DNA of 64,000 nucleotides, taken from Microcaecilia unicolor (Eukaryota). A program made the position numbers and the translations under genes. The stretch is taken from positions 26,632,132 through 26,696,131 of the forward strand of contig NC_044044.1 in assembly GCF_901765095.1 (NCBI RefSeq). Direction: 5' to 3'. This document shows, piece after piece, positions 25,161 to 36,065 of this stretch (positions within the stretch are counted from its first letter, which is position 1; each line of letters opens with the position of its first letter). The notes beneath the pieces are model-generated. The model did not search any database. It was not told the DNA's origin and saw only the letters and a program-made list of their open reading frames with translations.

Positions 25161-26329
25161 GATGATGAAGCCTGAAAACTAGAAAGCTAGATATGTAATG
25201 TCAGTCAAGATCCTTCAATTCTTTCTTCCTCTTTAAAATTCCTTCCCTTCCCCAATATCATTGACTGCCCAGGAAAACTAGTTATGGATGCAGAATGGTT
25301 TTTACTTTTCTCTAGATTAAGAAAGAGAGAGAGAAAGAGAGAGTCAGTCAATGAGAAGAAAACTGGACTCAATGAACCTTCTGATGTTCTACTAACTTGA
25401 CAAACTCTTTGCACATCTACATAATAATGTGACTATGACTCTCTTTAAAAACTCACTGTGTTGCTCATTGAGGGCTTTGTGTGTTCAGCTCTACCACTTT
25501 CAACTCCCTTGTCCTTCTCAGCTCCTCATTGACGTTACCTACAACCAGCAAAGGGATGTTATAAACTACCCTAATTCTATTGTATCCCTACTTCTTTGAC
25601 CTCCTTGTTGCTCTCATTGCCCTCTGCCATCTCCCATCTCCATGCTTAAACCCTAGAGGCATATGTTAAACATCCAACAGCAGGTCAATGTCTAAAGTTA
25701 GACATCAATAAAAGTGGTCCAAGGCGAGAACAGCCTCACATCAATTTCATATATCTTCAGGTTGACTACACTGGGCATTCGATCTTATAATTTGTTGGAG
25801 GCAAGATCCTGGGTCAACCCTGCTTAAGTATCTAATCCAGCATTCAGACTGAGTACAGATGGGATTACTTTCCTTTTGAGCTGTCCGTTTTCTTCAGCTC
25901 CATTGGGTCTTCAGCTCAGTCAGAGCCAGGCCTGCGATCTAGTACCATAATACCTGGAGTTTATTCCCCTTATTTATATCTCTCCCACCAACACACCAAA
26001 TCTGGTCATTACAGGGACCATCCTTGGCCATGCTGGGTCAGATCTAAGGTCCACCAAGCCCATCCCCCTCCTTGACCTTGGCCAGTCTGCCGGGTCACTG
26101 CAAAGTACCTAGGTAACCCCAAAGAGGTGTCTTTTGCTCTACCTGCAGAAGGTTACATATGTAGCTTGCATAGAACTGCACCGTTGATACTATAGTAGGC
26201 TGGTTCTAGGAATCCACTGCTGTTCCAAAATCTGCTTTCAATACAAGTTAGCCCCATACCAGTGGTAGCCAATTTCCAGTCCTCATGGAGGCCAATCTAC
26301 ATGGGTATTCAGGATAGCCCTGATGAATA

Positions 26330-26525
26330 TGCAGGAGATAGATGTGCCTTGCTGAGTTTAAAGAGGGTCTGGACAGATTCCTGAAGGAAACGTCCATTGA
26401 TCGTTATTAAATTTGGGGGTTTTGCCAGGTTCTTGGGGCCTGGACTGGCCGCTGTCGGAAACACAGTGCTGGGCTTGATGGACCTTTGGTCTTTTCCCAG
26501 CGTGGCAGTGCTTATGTACTTATAT
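26330..26525 (+). mobile_element. CR1 3'-end fragment
   Basis: It translates to EFKEGLDRFLKETSIDRY*, then the CR1 3' UTR ...gccaggttcttggggcctggactggccgctgtcggaaacacagtgctgggcttgatggacctttggtcttttcccagcgtggcagtgcttatgtacttat. Confidence 0.7.
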
Positions 26526-26799
26526 TTATACAATATCCATGAACATCTCTCTTCAGTAAATTCATTAGCAATCCCTGAAAACTTGAGCAGGTTGACCTAT
26601 GGGGACCGGAGGTTACCCACCCCTGTTTCCCACCCACCCACCCACCCCCACACACACATTGACCTACCATTTCTTCTGCTATTTCCAGATCCACTTGTGG
26701 GGGGGGGGGGGCACAAGACAGTTTAACAGGGGGCAAAAGAAGAAGCATCATCTCTGTCTTGAGGAGCTCCATTACATAGTGACAGAGCACAGGGAGATA

Positions 26800-27010
26800 A
26801 CGTGACTCCCCTAGGGTCACAGTGAATCAGCGACAGAGGTGGGGATTAGAACTGAGGCACAAGAAGAGATAGTGCATGTCCCCCAGGATCACACACAGAG
26901 AGCCAGTGACAGAGCTGGGGAACAGGACCGACTCCCCTAGGATTATACACAGTCAGTAGAGCTGAGGCACAGGGCGATAAAGTGACCTCTCCAGGATTTA
27001 CATAGTGGCA
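26800..27010 (-). repeat. Three tandem units of about 60 bp of a MIR-core-like motif (the same family as the 31130-31690 array, in opposite orientation)
   Basis: ggggattagaactgaggcacaagaagagatagtgcatgtcccccagg... recurs. It is the reverse complement of cctgg.gaagtcactttatctc.ctgtgcctcagttctaatcccc. Confidence 0.6.
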
Positions 27011-27229
27011 GAGCCGGGGATTACTGTCAGGTGGACTCTTAAAGATAAAAAGTACTGCTATTATCAGGCTACACCAACATTTCATTCCTCATGGTGGAAT
27101 ATAATTGAAAATGCCCTGAAAATAAGAAAACACCGCTGACATCAGTAGCCTGGGGGATCAGGACCTCTTATATAAATGAGACACCAGTCTTCTACTCAGA
27201 ATGTCAAGCAACTTTTTTAATTTAAATAT

Positions 27230-27441
27230 ATTTTCAATTAATTTGCAAATTATTCATTTTTTATTTGTTTTATTATTTTTTTTTATTATCCTGGATGCTA
27301 CAGACAAAACATTTTAATTTTGTTTTTTAAAAAAATCCACATTTTAAAATATTACGGACCACCTTACAATTCACCTGCTGAGAAAACTTTTTTTTAAAAG
27401 TTTTAAAAAGTTCGCTTTAAATAACTATAAAATTCACAGGG

Positions 27442-27477
<36 letters not shown>

Positions 27478-30400
27478 TGATGTATCTTCTCATCTGTCAT
27501 TTCCAGCAGAAAATAAAATCCCAATTTAGAATGGGTATAAAATATGATTTTTTTTCTTTCTTTTTATTTGTAGATCTATTAAAAAAAAAAATCAACAACC
27601 AGGCAGTCTGTAGCCTCTCGATTTCATCTCAGTTCATCGATTCCAAAATTGAACTAAAAATCAGGAATGGGGGGGGGGGAAGGATGGAGATTCTCCGCCT
27701 CTAAGATCGATAGAAAGGAATGAACCAAAATTAAACCAGGAAGAGCGGGGGCCACTTTCAGTCAAAACAAACCTTTCAGCAAATAAACCCAAACAAACAA
27801 ATCAAAGCGGAGCGAAAAATCTAAAAAAAAAGCCAAGATCTGGGATGTTATTTTTGTTTTGCTGAAGCAATCCTCGACTGCTTTTTTTTTTTCTCTCTCT
27901 CTCTTAGGCAAACAAAAGCTTCTCTCTTGCAGCAGCAGGAATTTAAAGTGTTCACCTTTGCAGGAAAGAAAGAGACACACAAGTCCTTCCTTCACCCATT
28001 TTGAGATGCTAAAGGTTTTAGGGGGGGGGTACGTTTTTTCCCTCCCCCTTGCTGGTGTGTGTGTGTGAGAGAGAGAGAGAGAACTGGCTGGCTTAGAAGA
28101 AAAAAAAAATGCCCCAGTGAGAGATCCTTTTGCAGCCCTGAATAGCTAGAAAAAAATGCAAATTACTCCGTTCAAGCCATGCACAATACAAAGAAGCCTT
28201 TTTTTTTCCTATGCACTTAATTCAGTAAAAAAAAAAAAAAAAAAAACCCTCTGTTGATGACGTGAGAAAAGCTCCTTTTTTTTTTTTTTTTTAAAGGGGG
28301 GGATTAATCTTCCTTCTCCTCCTGCCTTGTAAGTATCTGCTACACACTTATCTCCTCTGGGCTTATACTGTTGTGGGTTTTGCTGTTCTGGTGTTTTTGA
28401 GGTTGGTGTTTTAAAAAACAAAAAAACCAAAAACGTTTGTTATTTATCCGCGCAGACAGGATAGTGTAATGGATGCTGGATAAGATGTACAGATAAGAAA
28501 GATTTGATTCTCGCCCTGTCTCTCTCACTTGCTGCTGGCGGTGGGAGTCGGGGGGGGGGGACAGAGATGGGGGTGTTTTTCCCCCCCGTTACAAGATGAA
28601 ATTCTTTGCAAAGTTCAGGCTGGGGAGCAGGTGCAAGAGGGAAGGGAAAAAGGATGGTGGGTGGAGAGAGAAGCATGCAAGATTTATTTTCTAGCAAAGT
28701 GGAACTTTTTTCTTGTGTGTGTGTGTGTGTTTTGCAGGGTTGATGTAATCTCTTTTCTACATTTTTTTTTCTACCCCTCTCTCTCTTCCTGCCTTTGCTG
28801 GGGGGAGGGATGGGGAGGAGATCTTGGTTTAAGAAGGGAGGTGGGATGAGAGAAAGAGAGAGAGAGAGTGAGTGAGTGAATGAATGTGTGTGTGAGAGAG
28901 AGAGAGAGAGAGAGCCAGTCTTTGTATTAATGGACCAGACACATGAAAGAGGCGGAGGGAGGCAGAAGGGGTAGATACTGGGAACCATTTTTAATCCAGA
29001 GCTTCACAAATGCCTTAGAAAACAAAATACAACCCAAAAAAATGTACCTATAATAGAAATTTGGAAGAAATAGCAATAAAGTGAGAGAGATAGGTAAAAG
29101 TCTTTGGAATATGATTTAATGAAGGGTTAGGGGGAAGTCAGGAATGATTATCTGTTTGCAAAAAAAAATAATTAATGTGAATAACAGATTTGCAGCTGTG
29201 CTTTCCTCCCCCCCCCCCCCCCCCCATTCTTTTTTGCTTTGGGTAGAAGTTCTTGGGAAGGAGGGGCAGTGGAACAGTTTGGCCTCAGGCCTTTTGTCCG
29301 AGGTGGTGGCAATAGTGGGGTGGGAGATCTTTTGTCTTGGAGAAATCAGGAGCAAAAAGGTGGGGGGTGGGGGGAAATGGTTAGCGATGGAAGACGAGGA
29401 GGAAGAGAAGAAATAAGGTTAAAATATATATAAGTTTTTAATTTGAGAGATGGCAGAGCAGGGCAGCTCCCTCCCCCTTTGATTTCTGTATCTAGTTTGG
29501 AATAATTATTCTCTTGCCAGATAAAAATGATAATACTCACAATTTAAAAACAACAAAACAAACAAACCACCCACCCACACACTCCCCCATCTCCTCCCCA
29601 AGACTTAAAAATATCAGTTTTATCCCCCCCCCCCCCAAAAAAAAAAAACTCTTCCACATTTTGAAATATTGGCTTGGCAGAATAGAATAAAAAGTACTAG
29701 AAAGCAGGTTGAATGTTTTATTATTAGATTTGTAAAAATAATGTTTTTTTTAATATATTTTTAAATCTAAGGATAAGATGAGAAGATAAGGAGGGAGGAA
29801 GAAAGAAAAAAAGTTATAGGTAATGCGAAAACAACATGGAGATAGTTAAGACAGTTGCAGGGCAGAGAGATAACATTGCCAAAACTTGTGGGGCAAAACT
29901 TTAGAGCAGGTTTAGAAAGATATATCTTACAAGATATATGGAAATTCTGTTACATAAAAAAAAGAGAACTTAATTCTCTGAAACTGTAGCCCATGCATTC
30001 TCAACACTAGCCACTTCTAAATATTTTAGTCTAAATATTCATAGTTCTAGCAATGTTACATGTTTCCAGCAATATTATTTTTCATGTGCGAATATATTTT
30101 TGAAGAAATGTTTCTTTTGAATGGAATGTTGAAATCCTTGTGGGCTTTTCCTGCAGCTTTATGCAGTTTCTGAACCTTTTTTTTTTTTTTTTTTTCATTT
30201 ATTTATAATTTCTAGATTTTGATTTCCATCTCTTAGAATTTGCATGTCAATGCTCAAATGGCTACGGGATCTGTGCTGAGATTTTTCTGTATCGATGTCC
30301 TTGTTACAAGGGTTAGAAAGATAGTGGTCCTTTTGGGGTTTCATTGTGCCACCTGTTTCTGTAAAGTGTTCGGGGGGGGGGGGGGGGGGGAACAATGCAA

Positions 30401-30560
30401 CCGGACTTCAGTTTTTAAAGAAATTTGTTTCTTTTTTTTTTTTTTTTAAGTTTCTTTTTGGAGTTGGGGGGCTGCTCAAAACAGTTTCTGGAGGGGGCAG
30501 AGAGAGGGTGCAAATATGGGAGATGGGGGGGAACAGTGACCTGCAAAGTTGTTATTTCAG
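27230..30560. repeat. Extended low-complexity region of about 3.3 kb, AT-rich then purine-rich, carrying many homopolymer runs (G or C of 10-22 nt) and (ATT)n, (GA)n and (GT)n microsatellites
   Basis: Examples are (ATT)12 at 27443-27478, G22 at 30372-30393, C21 at 29206-29226, C12 at 29625-29636, (GA)n and (GT)n at 28050-28080 and 28860-28910. ORFs here (for example 28440..28988 and 30346..30924) are compositional artefacts. Confidence 0.8.
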
Positions 30561-31100
30561 GTGTCATTTTTATAGCGTTTTTCAGAACGCAGGGATTAGC
30601 ACTCTGGCAGTGGGCAGGGATAGACTAATCATACAGGCAACTGGGCAGTGCCCAAGAGCCCAGAAGCTTCGGGGGGCCCAGAGGCTCCCTCTCCCCTCCC
30701 CCGTCCCACCTTACCTTCGGTCCTGGTGGTCTAGTGGCCTCCGGGGGCAGGAAAGATCCCCACTCTTTCCTGCCTTCTGCTGCTGCTGCTGCATTTTCAA
30801 AATGGCTTCCCTGCGGCACTCTCACGAGACTGCTGAGACCTGCGAAGCTAGCGCAGGAAGTCTCGGCAGCCATTTTGAAAACAGTGGGGGGGGGGATCTT
30901 TCCTGCCCCCGAAGAGGTCACTAGACCACCAAGGTCCTTCAAGGTAGGACCGGGCAGAGCGCACTAGTGTGCGTGGGGGGAGGGGGGTTGATGGTTTGTT
31001 GAATGGGGGAACGCAGGCAGTGCCTGGGGAGGACCCAATGACCCTTACTGCCTGGGGGCCCAGAGCACTGTCAGTCCACCCCCTGGCAGTGGGGATAAAA
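30560..31100. mobile_element. Palindromic MITE-like element, copy 1. The internal inverted repeats are cttcggtcctggtggtctagtggcctccgggggcaggaaagatcc against ggatctttcctgcccccgaagaggtcactagaccacc, and cattttcaaaatggc against gccattttgaaaac.
   Basis: Inverted repeats lie at 30712-30760 against 30893-30950. A second copy of the same family lies in ZNF219 intron 2 (40440-40880). Confidence 0.6.
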
Positions 31101-31129
31101 TGGCTTGAGGGCCTCAGTAGAGAAAGGAG

Positions 31130-31690
31130 TTGCTGCCAGAGGAAAGATTGTTTCTAATCCCCGGCTCTGTCACTGACTCTCTTGTGTGACCTGCGGAAGT
31201 CACTTTATCTCTCTGTGTCTCAGTTTTAATCCTCGGCTCTGTCACTGACTCTCTGTATGTGACCTGGGGGAGTTACTTTATCTCCCTTTGCCTCAGTTCT
31301 AATCCCCGGCTCTGTCACTGACTCTCTTGTGTGACCTGGGGAAGTCACTTTATCTCTCTGTGACTCAGTTCTAATCCCCGGCTCTGTCACTGACTCTCTT
31401 GTGTGACCTGGGGAAGTCACTTTATCTCTCTGTGCCTCAGTTCTAATCCCCGGCTCTGTCACTGACTCTCTGACCTGGGGGAGTTACTTTATCTCCCTTT
31501 GCCTCAGTTCTAATCCCCGGCTCTGTCACTGACTCTCTTGTGTGACCTGGGGAAGTCACTTTATCTCCCTTTGCCTCAGTTCTAATCCCCGGCTCTGTCA
31601 CTGACTCTCTTGTGTGACCTGGGGAAGTCACTTTATCTCTCTGTGCCTGAGTTCTAATCCCTGAGTGTGATCCTGGGGGAGTCTCTCTTT
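31130..31690 (+). repeat. Tandem array of about 60-62 bp units, about 9 copies, derived from a MIR-type SINE core
   Basis: The unit is ccccggctctgtcactgactctcttgtgtgacctggggaagtcactttatctctctgtgcctcagttctaat. Compare the mammalian MIR core ...gtgaccttgggcaagtcacttaacctctctgagcctcagtttcc. Minus-strand ORFs (31226..31462, 31443..31631) with reiterated TEPGIRTE peptides are artefacts. Confidence 0.75.
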
Positions 31691-32789
31691 CTCCCTGTCT
31701 CTCAATTTACCTAATTCTAGTCTTGCCCCCTTCGCGCCTCTCTGTCATGCAGTCCAAGCCCCACAGTTGATTTTCAGCTCCTTTCACCTCGGTGGGGGCT
31801 GCCTGCATCCTTCCCCCTGACCTTACAGGTAGAGGGATCAACCTGGATGCTTGCAAACACCTATATTTGTTAAAAAGTGATTAAAGTAAATACAACAAAA
31901 TCATTAATTCTCTTTATAAGAAATTCTACGGAAATATTGGAGTTGGGGGTTGATTAATAATTGATGGGGACCTTCTGCTTTCAATTTCTTAGAGACACGT
32001 GGGGTAAATTTAGGGCTGGCTCCAGCTGTCTACCGTGGCCTAGTGCTCGGATAGATCAGAGAACCCTCAATGAGAAACTTGAAATATGAAAAAGACCTGG
32101 AGATTGTCCCCTACTCTTAAGAGGAAGGGATTTCTTGAAATTTAGGAATATTGTCCCAATGAGTCTTCTCTGGCTAAAACACTGAATCAGTTCAGAAGTC
32201 AGGTGGACATGTTTTTGCAGGAAAAAGCCATGAGTACGATGCCGTAATTTCACAGTGAGGTTACATGCTACTCCAGCAATTCTGAGCCTATTGGCATATT
32301 GGGCCAGTGAGAAGAATTAATTCATTCCTGCAAAGCTGGTACATATAGAGAGATTTCTTCTATCTTGTAGAGAGAATCTTTGGGCACTTGGTTTGAATTC
32401 AGGCTCTGTAGGCCTCTGGTCTTTCAGCCTAACCAGCTCGGTCACTATAGGTTGGCTGTAGGGTTGACCCTGCAGCTCTATCCACCTTGGTCTAGGGTGT
32501 CCCCTCTTCACCAGCACCTCCGGAGCCTCCACTGTTCCCAATTACCATTTGGTGGTTCCTCGGCCTGGGTTCACCTAAAGGCCTGAACTCAAAGTCCAGT
32601 GTGGCCTCTGCAAGTCCATTCCGCCTCAGCCTTGGAGCTCCTCGTTCCCGGTTGCCTCCCAAATATTTTATTCCAGTGTGAAGGTCTGCACTGATCCCGG
32701 GAAGATGGAATGATGCCACCTGGCCTGGATATACTGGGAAGGGTCCTTTGGGTCCGTTCTGGTTTTTGTGTTTAGAAGCTTTTCCTATG

Positions 32790-32900
32790 GGAAAAAAAAT
32801 GGCCAATATTCAACTAAAACTACCCCCTTCTTTTTAACTGGAGACACTGGGAATCGAACCCAGCACTTGGCAGTTACTAATTCAGCACCAAACCTCTAAG
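32790..32900 (-). mobile_element. tRNA-related head fragment of a MIR-type SINE (not a functional tRNA)
   Basis: The reverse complement ...ggctggcttagaggtttggtgctgaattagtaactgccaagtgctgggttcgattcccagtgtctcc has a B-box (GGTTCGATTCC) and a T-arm. No complementary 5' acceptor strand is present, and it aligns with the head of the 35380-35600 SINE. Confidence 0.5.
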
Positions 32901-33025
32901 CCAGCCCGATCTTCATGTAAGAAGGTCTTCGGAACTTCTCTGTCCTCTTGTCTGGTCAGATACCCATTTTCAGCAACTGCTGGTAGCTCGGAAGTAAAAT
33001 CCGTCACTAGGTTGCTTGGTGCTAT

Positions 33026-33216
33026 TTTTTTTTTTTTTTTGTTACATTTGTACCCTGCGCTTTCCCACTCATGTTAGGCTCAATGCGGCTTACATGGGGC
33101 AATGGAGGGTTAAGTGACTTGCCCAGAGTCACAAGGAGCTGCCTGTGCCTGAAGTGGGAATCAAACTCAGTTCCTCAGGACCAAAGTCCACCACCCTAAC
33201 CATTAGGCCACTCCTA
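33026..33216 (-). mobile_element. tRNA-derived SINE (same family as 4060-4262)
   Basis: Its poly-T on the plus strand at 33027-33040 is the SINE poly-A. The tail is ...gttacatttgtaccctgcgctttcccactcatgttaggctcaatgcggcttacatggggcaatggagggttaagtgacttgcccagagtcacaagg... and the head is ...ccattaggccactcc. Confidence 0.75.
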
Positions 33217-33439
33217 GGGATTGAAATCCCAACTTTATCTTTCCTTAAAAAAATACTCTGATTATTTACAGTCTTGTATTGGATGACATGTTCCAGCGTT
33301 GAATAGCAGGCTTTGTGTAATCCGAGTTTTAGTAGAATATAAAACTGCTCTAAAGATTATAAAGCAATGTCAGGTGATGTATGACAGAGCTGTGGCTGTA
33401 TCAGAAGCCCCCCCCCCCCCCATCTCCTCCACTGCCCTT

Positions 33440-34148
33440 TCTCCCCCCAGTATTGGGTGTTATTAGGAAAGGTATGGAAAACAGGTGTGAGGATGTTATA
33501 ATGCAGTTGTATCGCTCCATGGTGCGACCGCACCTTGAGTATTGTGTTCAATTCTGGTCGCCGCATCTCAAGAAAGATATAGTAGAATTGGAAAAGGTGC
33601 AGCGAAGGGCGACTAAAATGATAGCGGGGATGGGACGACTTCCCTATGAAGAAAGACTAAGGAGGCTAGGGCTATACAGCTTGGAGAAGAGACGGCTGAG
33701 GGGAGACATGATAGAGGTATATAAAATAATGAGTGGAGTGGAACAGGTGGATGTGAAGCGTCTGTTCACGCTTTCCAAAAATACTAGGACTAGGGGGCAT
33801 GCGATGAAACTACAGTGTAGTAAATTTAAAACAAATCGGAGAAATTTTTTCTTCACCCAACGCATAATTAAACCCTGGAATTCGTTGCCGGAGAACGTGG
33901 TGAAGGCGGTTAGCTTGGCAGAGTTTAAAAAGGGGTTAGACGGTTTCCTAAAGGACAAGTCCATAAACTACTACTAAATGGACTTGGTAAAAATCCACAA
34001 TTTCGGGAATAACTTGTATAAAATGTTTGTACGTTTGGGAAGCTTGCCAGGTGCCCTTGACCTGGATTGGCTGCTGTCGGGGACAGGATGCTGGGCTCGA
34101 TGGACCTTTGGTCTTTTCCCAGTATGGCATTACTTATGTACTTATATG
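33440..34148 (+). mobile_element. CR1 LINE, 5'-truncated 3' portion (ORF2 C-terminal region plus 3' UTR)
   Basis: ORF 33381..33977 reads ...[95 protein letters not shown]...[50 protein letters not shown], the canonical CR1 ORF2 C-terminus. The 3' UTR is ...ttgccaggtgcccttgacctggattggctgctgtcggggacaggatgctgggctcgatggacctttggtcttttcccagtatggcattacttatgtacttat. Confidence 0.85.
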
Positions 34149-34254
34149 CATTTTAGGTCCAAATAAAAAAGCCATTACAGAGTATATAAAGGGAGTTTCT
34201 CAGCCAAAAGAGCACGGAAGGAGCCGGGCAATGAGAGTGAGTTGTCATTATTTG

Positions 34255-34520
34255 CAGAATTAGGGGCCGATGCTCAAAGCTTACCGCGCCTGTAACGTTC
34301 CGTTTTAGCCGATTTTGCATGTATGTTGATGTGCGCCTAATGCTCAAAGTGTTTCGCTGCTGCTTTTACCGTTGGCGAAAGCAGTGGCCAAAAACGAGAT
34401 GCAAATATATTAAAACGAGCTCGTTAATATTAGAACAAGCATTCCGTGCAAGGCGCAGAAGGAAGCACCACCTGCCTGTAACATCCCCAAATTTCCGGCA
34501 GGTTCGAGATGGCATTGCGT
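34255..34520. repeat. Member of an interspersed repeat family carrying an octamer (ATGCAAAT) plus a GAGCTC-centred palindrome. Related copies lie at 44230-44470 and 44990-45110.
   Basis: aaaacgagatgcaaatatattaaaacgagctcgttaatattag at 34380 aligns with cgaaaacggaatgcaaatgagctcattactattataatg at 44375. At 45030, gcaaatgagctaacagcgagcagctcatttgc is a palindrome. Confidence 0.45.
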
Positions 34521-35379
34521 GTGAAAGCTGAAAGAAATCCCACGTGGAACATAGTCAGCAGGTGATAGTGGGAAGTTGGAGAAGGTTTTGAGAAAGACCA
34601 GGGACACGAGAGGGTCGTGGGGGATAAAAACACTTTATTGTTGGTACTTGCAAAGATGCAAAACCCCGACAGGGCACCCGTGTCTCAGGGGTCATAAAGT
34701 GCTGTGGTTATCCAAAACAATGTATGAATCGAGCACTGAAGATCCGCTTTAGTGAATATTGGACTGGTCTTGAGAAAGTCCTTTGTAATTGTGATGCAGT
34801 TGTGACTTAACGCTATATAGAAAGGGCAGCTTCTCGGTGGTCTGTATTTTTAATAGTATCTGCACTTTTTATGTGTGTGCATTGTATGCGTGTGTGTTCT
34901 CCCTAGAACCTTAAAACATAAAAAAGAAAAATGTTCTGGTTGCCATGCACAAAACACAACAATCACAAAAACACAAGAATAGCCATATTGCGTCAGACCC
35001 AATGGTCCATCTAGCCCAGTATCCTGCTTCCAACAGTGGCCAATTCAGGTCACAGGTACCTCACAGAAACCCAAATAGTAGCAAGATTCCAGAACCTCAA
35101 AGAGTAACAAGATTCTAGAATCCCAAATAGTAGCAAGATTCCAGAACCTCAAAGAGTAACAAGATTCTAGAATCCCAAAGGAATAGCAAGATTCCGTGCA
35201 GAATCTCAAAGCGTAGCAACATTGTTCCTGGCAGAACCCAAATAGCAGCAACATTCCATGCTACCAATCCCAGGGTAAGCAGTGGCTTCCCCACGTCTGT
35301 CTCAATAGCAGACTGTGGACTTTTCCTCCAGGAACTTGTCCAAACCTTTTTTTAAACCCAGATATTCTAACTGCTGTTA

Positions 35380-35600
35380 CAACATTCTCCAGCATCGAGT
35401 TCCAGAGTTTAACTGGATGCAGTTAGGTATTTCCATACACAAAAGGGGCTTCTAATTTCAATTGTATCTGAGGCATTAGAGGTGAAGTGAATTGCCTTAG
35501 GTTACAAGAAGCATGAGAGGGGCAAACGGAATTTGAACCCTGGCTTCCCTAGTTCTTAATCTGGTGCTCTAACCATTAGGCTACTCCTCTAAGTATAGAT
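35380..35600 (-). mobile_element. MIR-type tRNA-derived SINE copy
   Basis: The reverse complement is ...ggagtagcctaatggttagagcaccagattaagaactagggaagccagggttcaaattccgtttgcc...cttgtaacctaaggcaattcacttcacctctaatgcctcag, that is a tRNA-like head plus a MIR-like core. Confidence 0.65.
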
Positions 35601-36065
35601 GGATGGTCAAAGGTACCCAAGGGGTCACCAATACACTGTTCCCTTGGCCCCATTCAAGGACCCCAAAGTGATGATCCACCAATAGACTGTTCCCTTGGCC
35701 TCACTCAACGACCCCAAAGTGATGGCCCAAGGGACCACCAATAGACTTTTCTCTGGGCCTCACTCAAGGACCCCCAAAGTGTCTCTTACTGCTCATGCAA
35801 GTCAAGAGTATAACTCTCAAGTGATTATAAATAAACTCCCTCTCAATGTTGGCACCCACCAGCCAGTTAATTCCAGATGTTGGGTATTTAATACTATCTG
35901 AGTCCCCACTCTTGCCCTGTAGATGAAATAAACGTTATTGTCCAGTCTCCCCTAAAAGTAGTCACTTAAACAGCAAGCCAGAATGATCTGTGCATTTTCT
36001 TCTCTTACTTTCACTAGGTTTCCATTATTCCAGTGTCTTAATGTTGATCTCTCCCTCTGCAGATC

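Noticed and set aside
28440-30924. ORFs of 106-192 aa (28440..28988 minus, 28529..28849, 30346..30924)
   Set aside because: They are embedded in homopolymer and dinucleotide low-complexity sequence (poly-G, (GA)n, (GT)n) with strongly compositionally biased products (Pro/Ser/Leu/Gly), which is no evidence of coding.
32790-32900. tRNA-like sequence with a perfect B-box (GGTTCGATTCC) on the minus strand
   Set aside because: No complementary 5' acceptor strand can be found about 65 nt upstream, so no cloverleaf is possible. It aligns with the tRNA-related head of the MIR-type SINE at 35380-35600, so it is a SINE fragment, not a tRNA gene.
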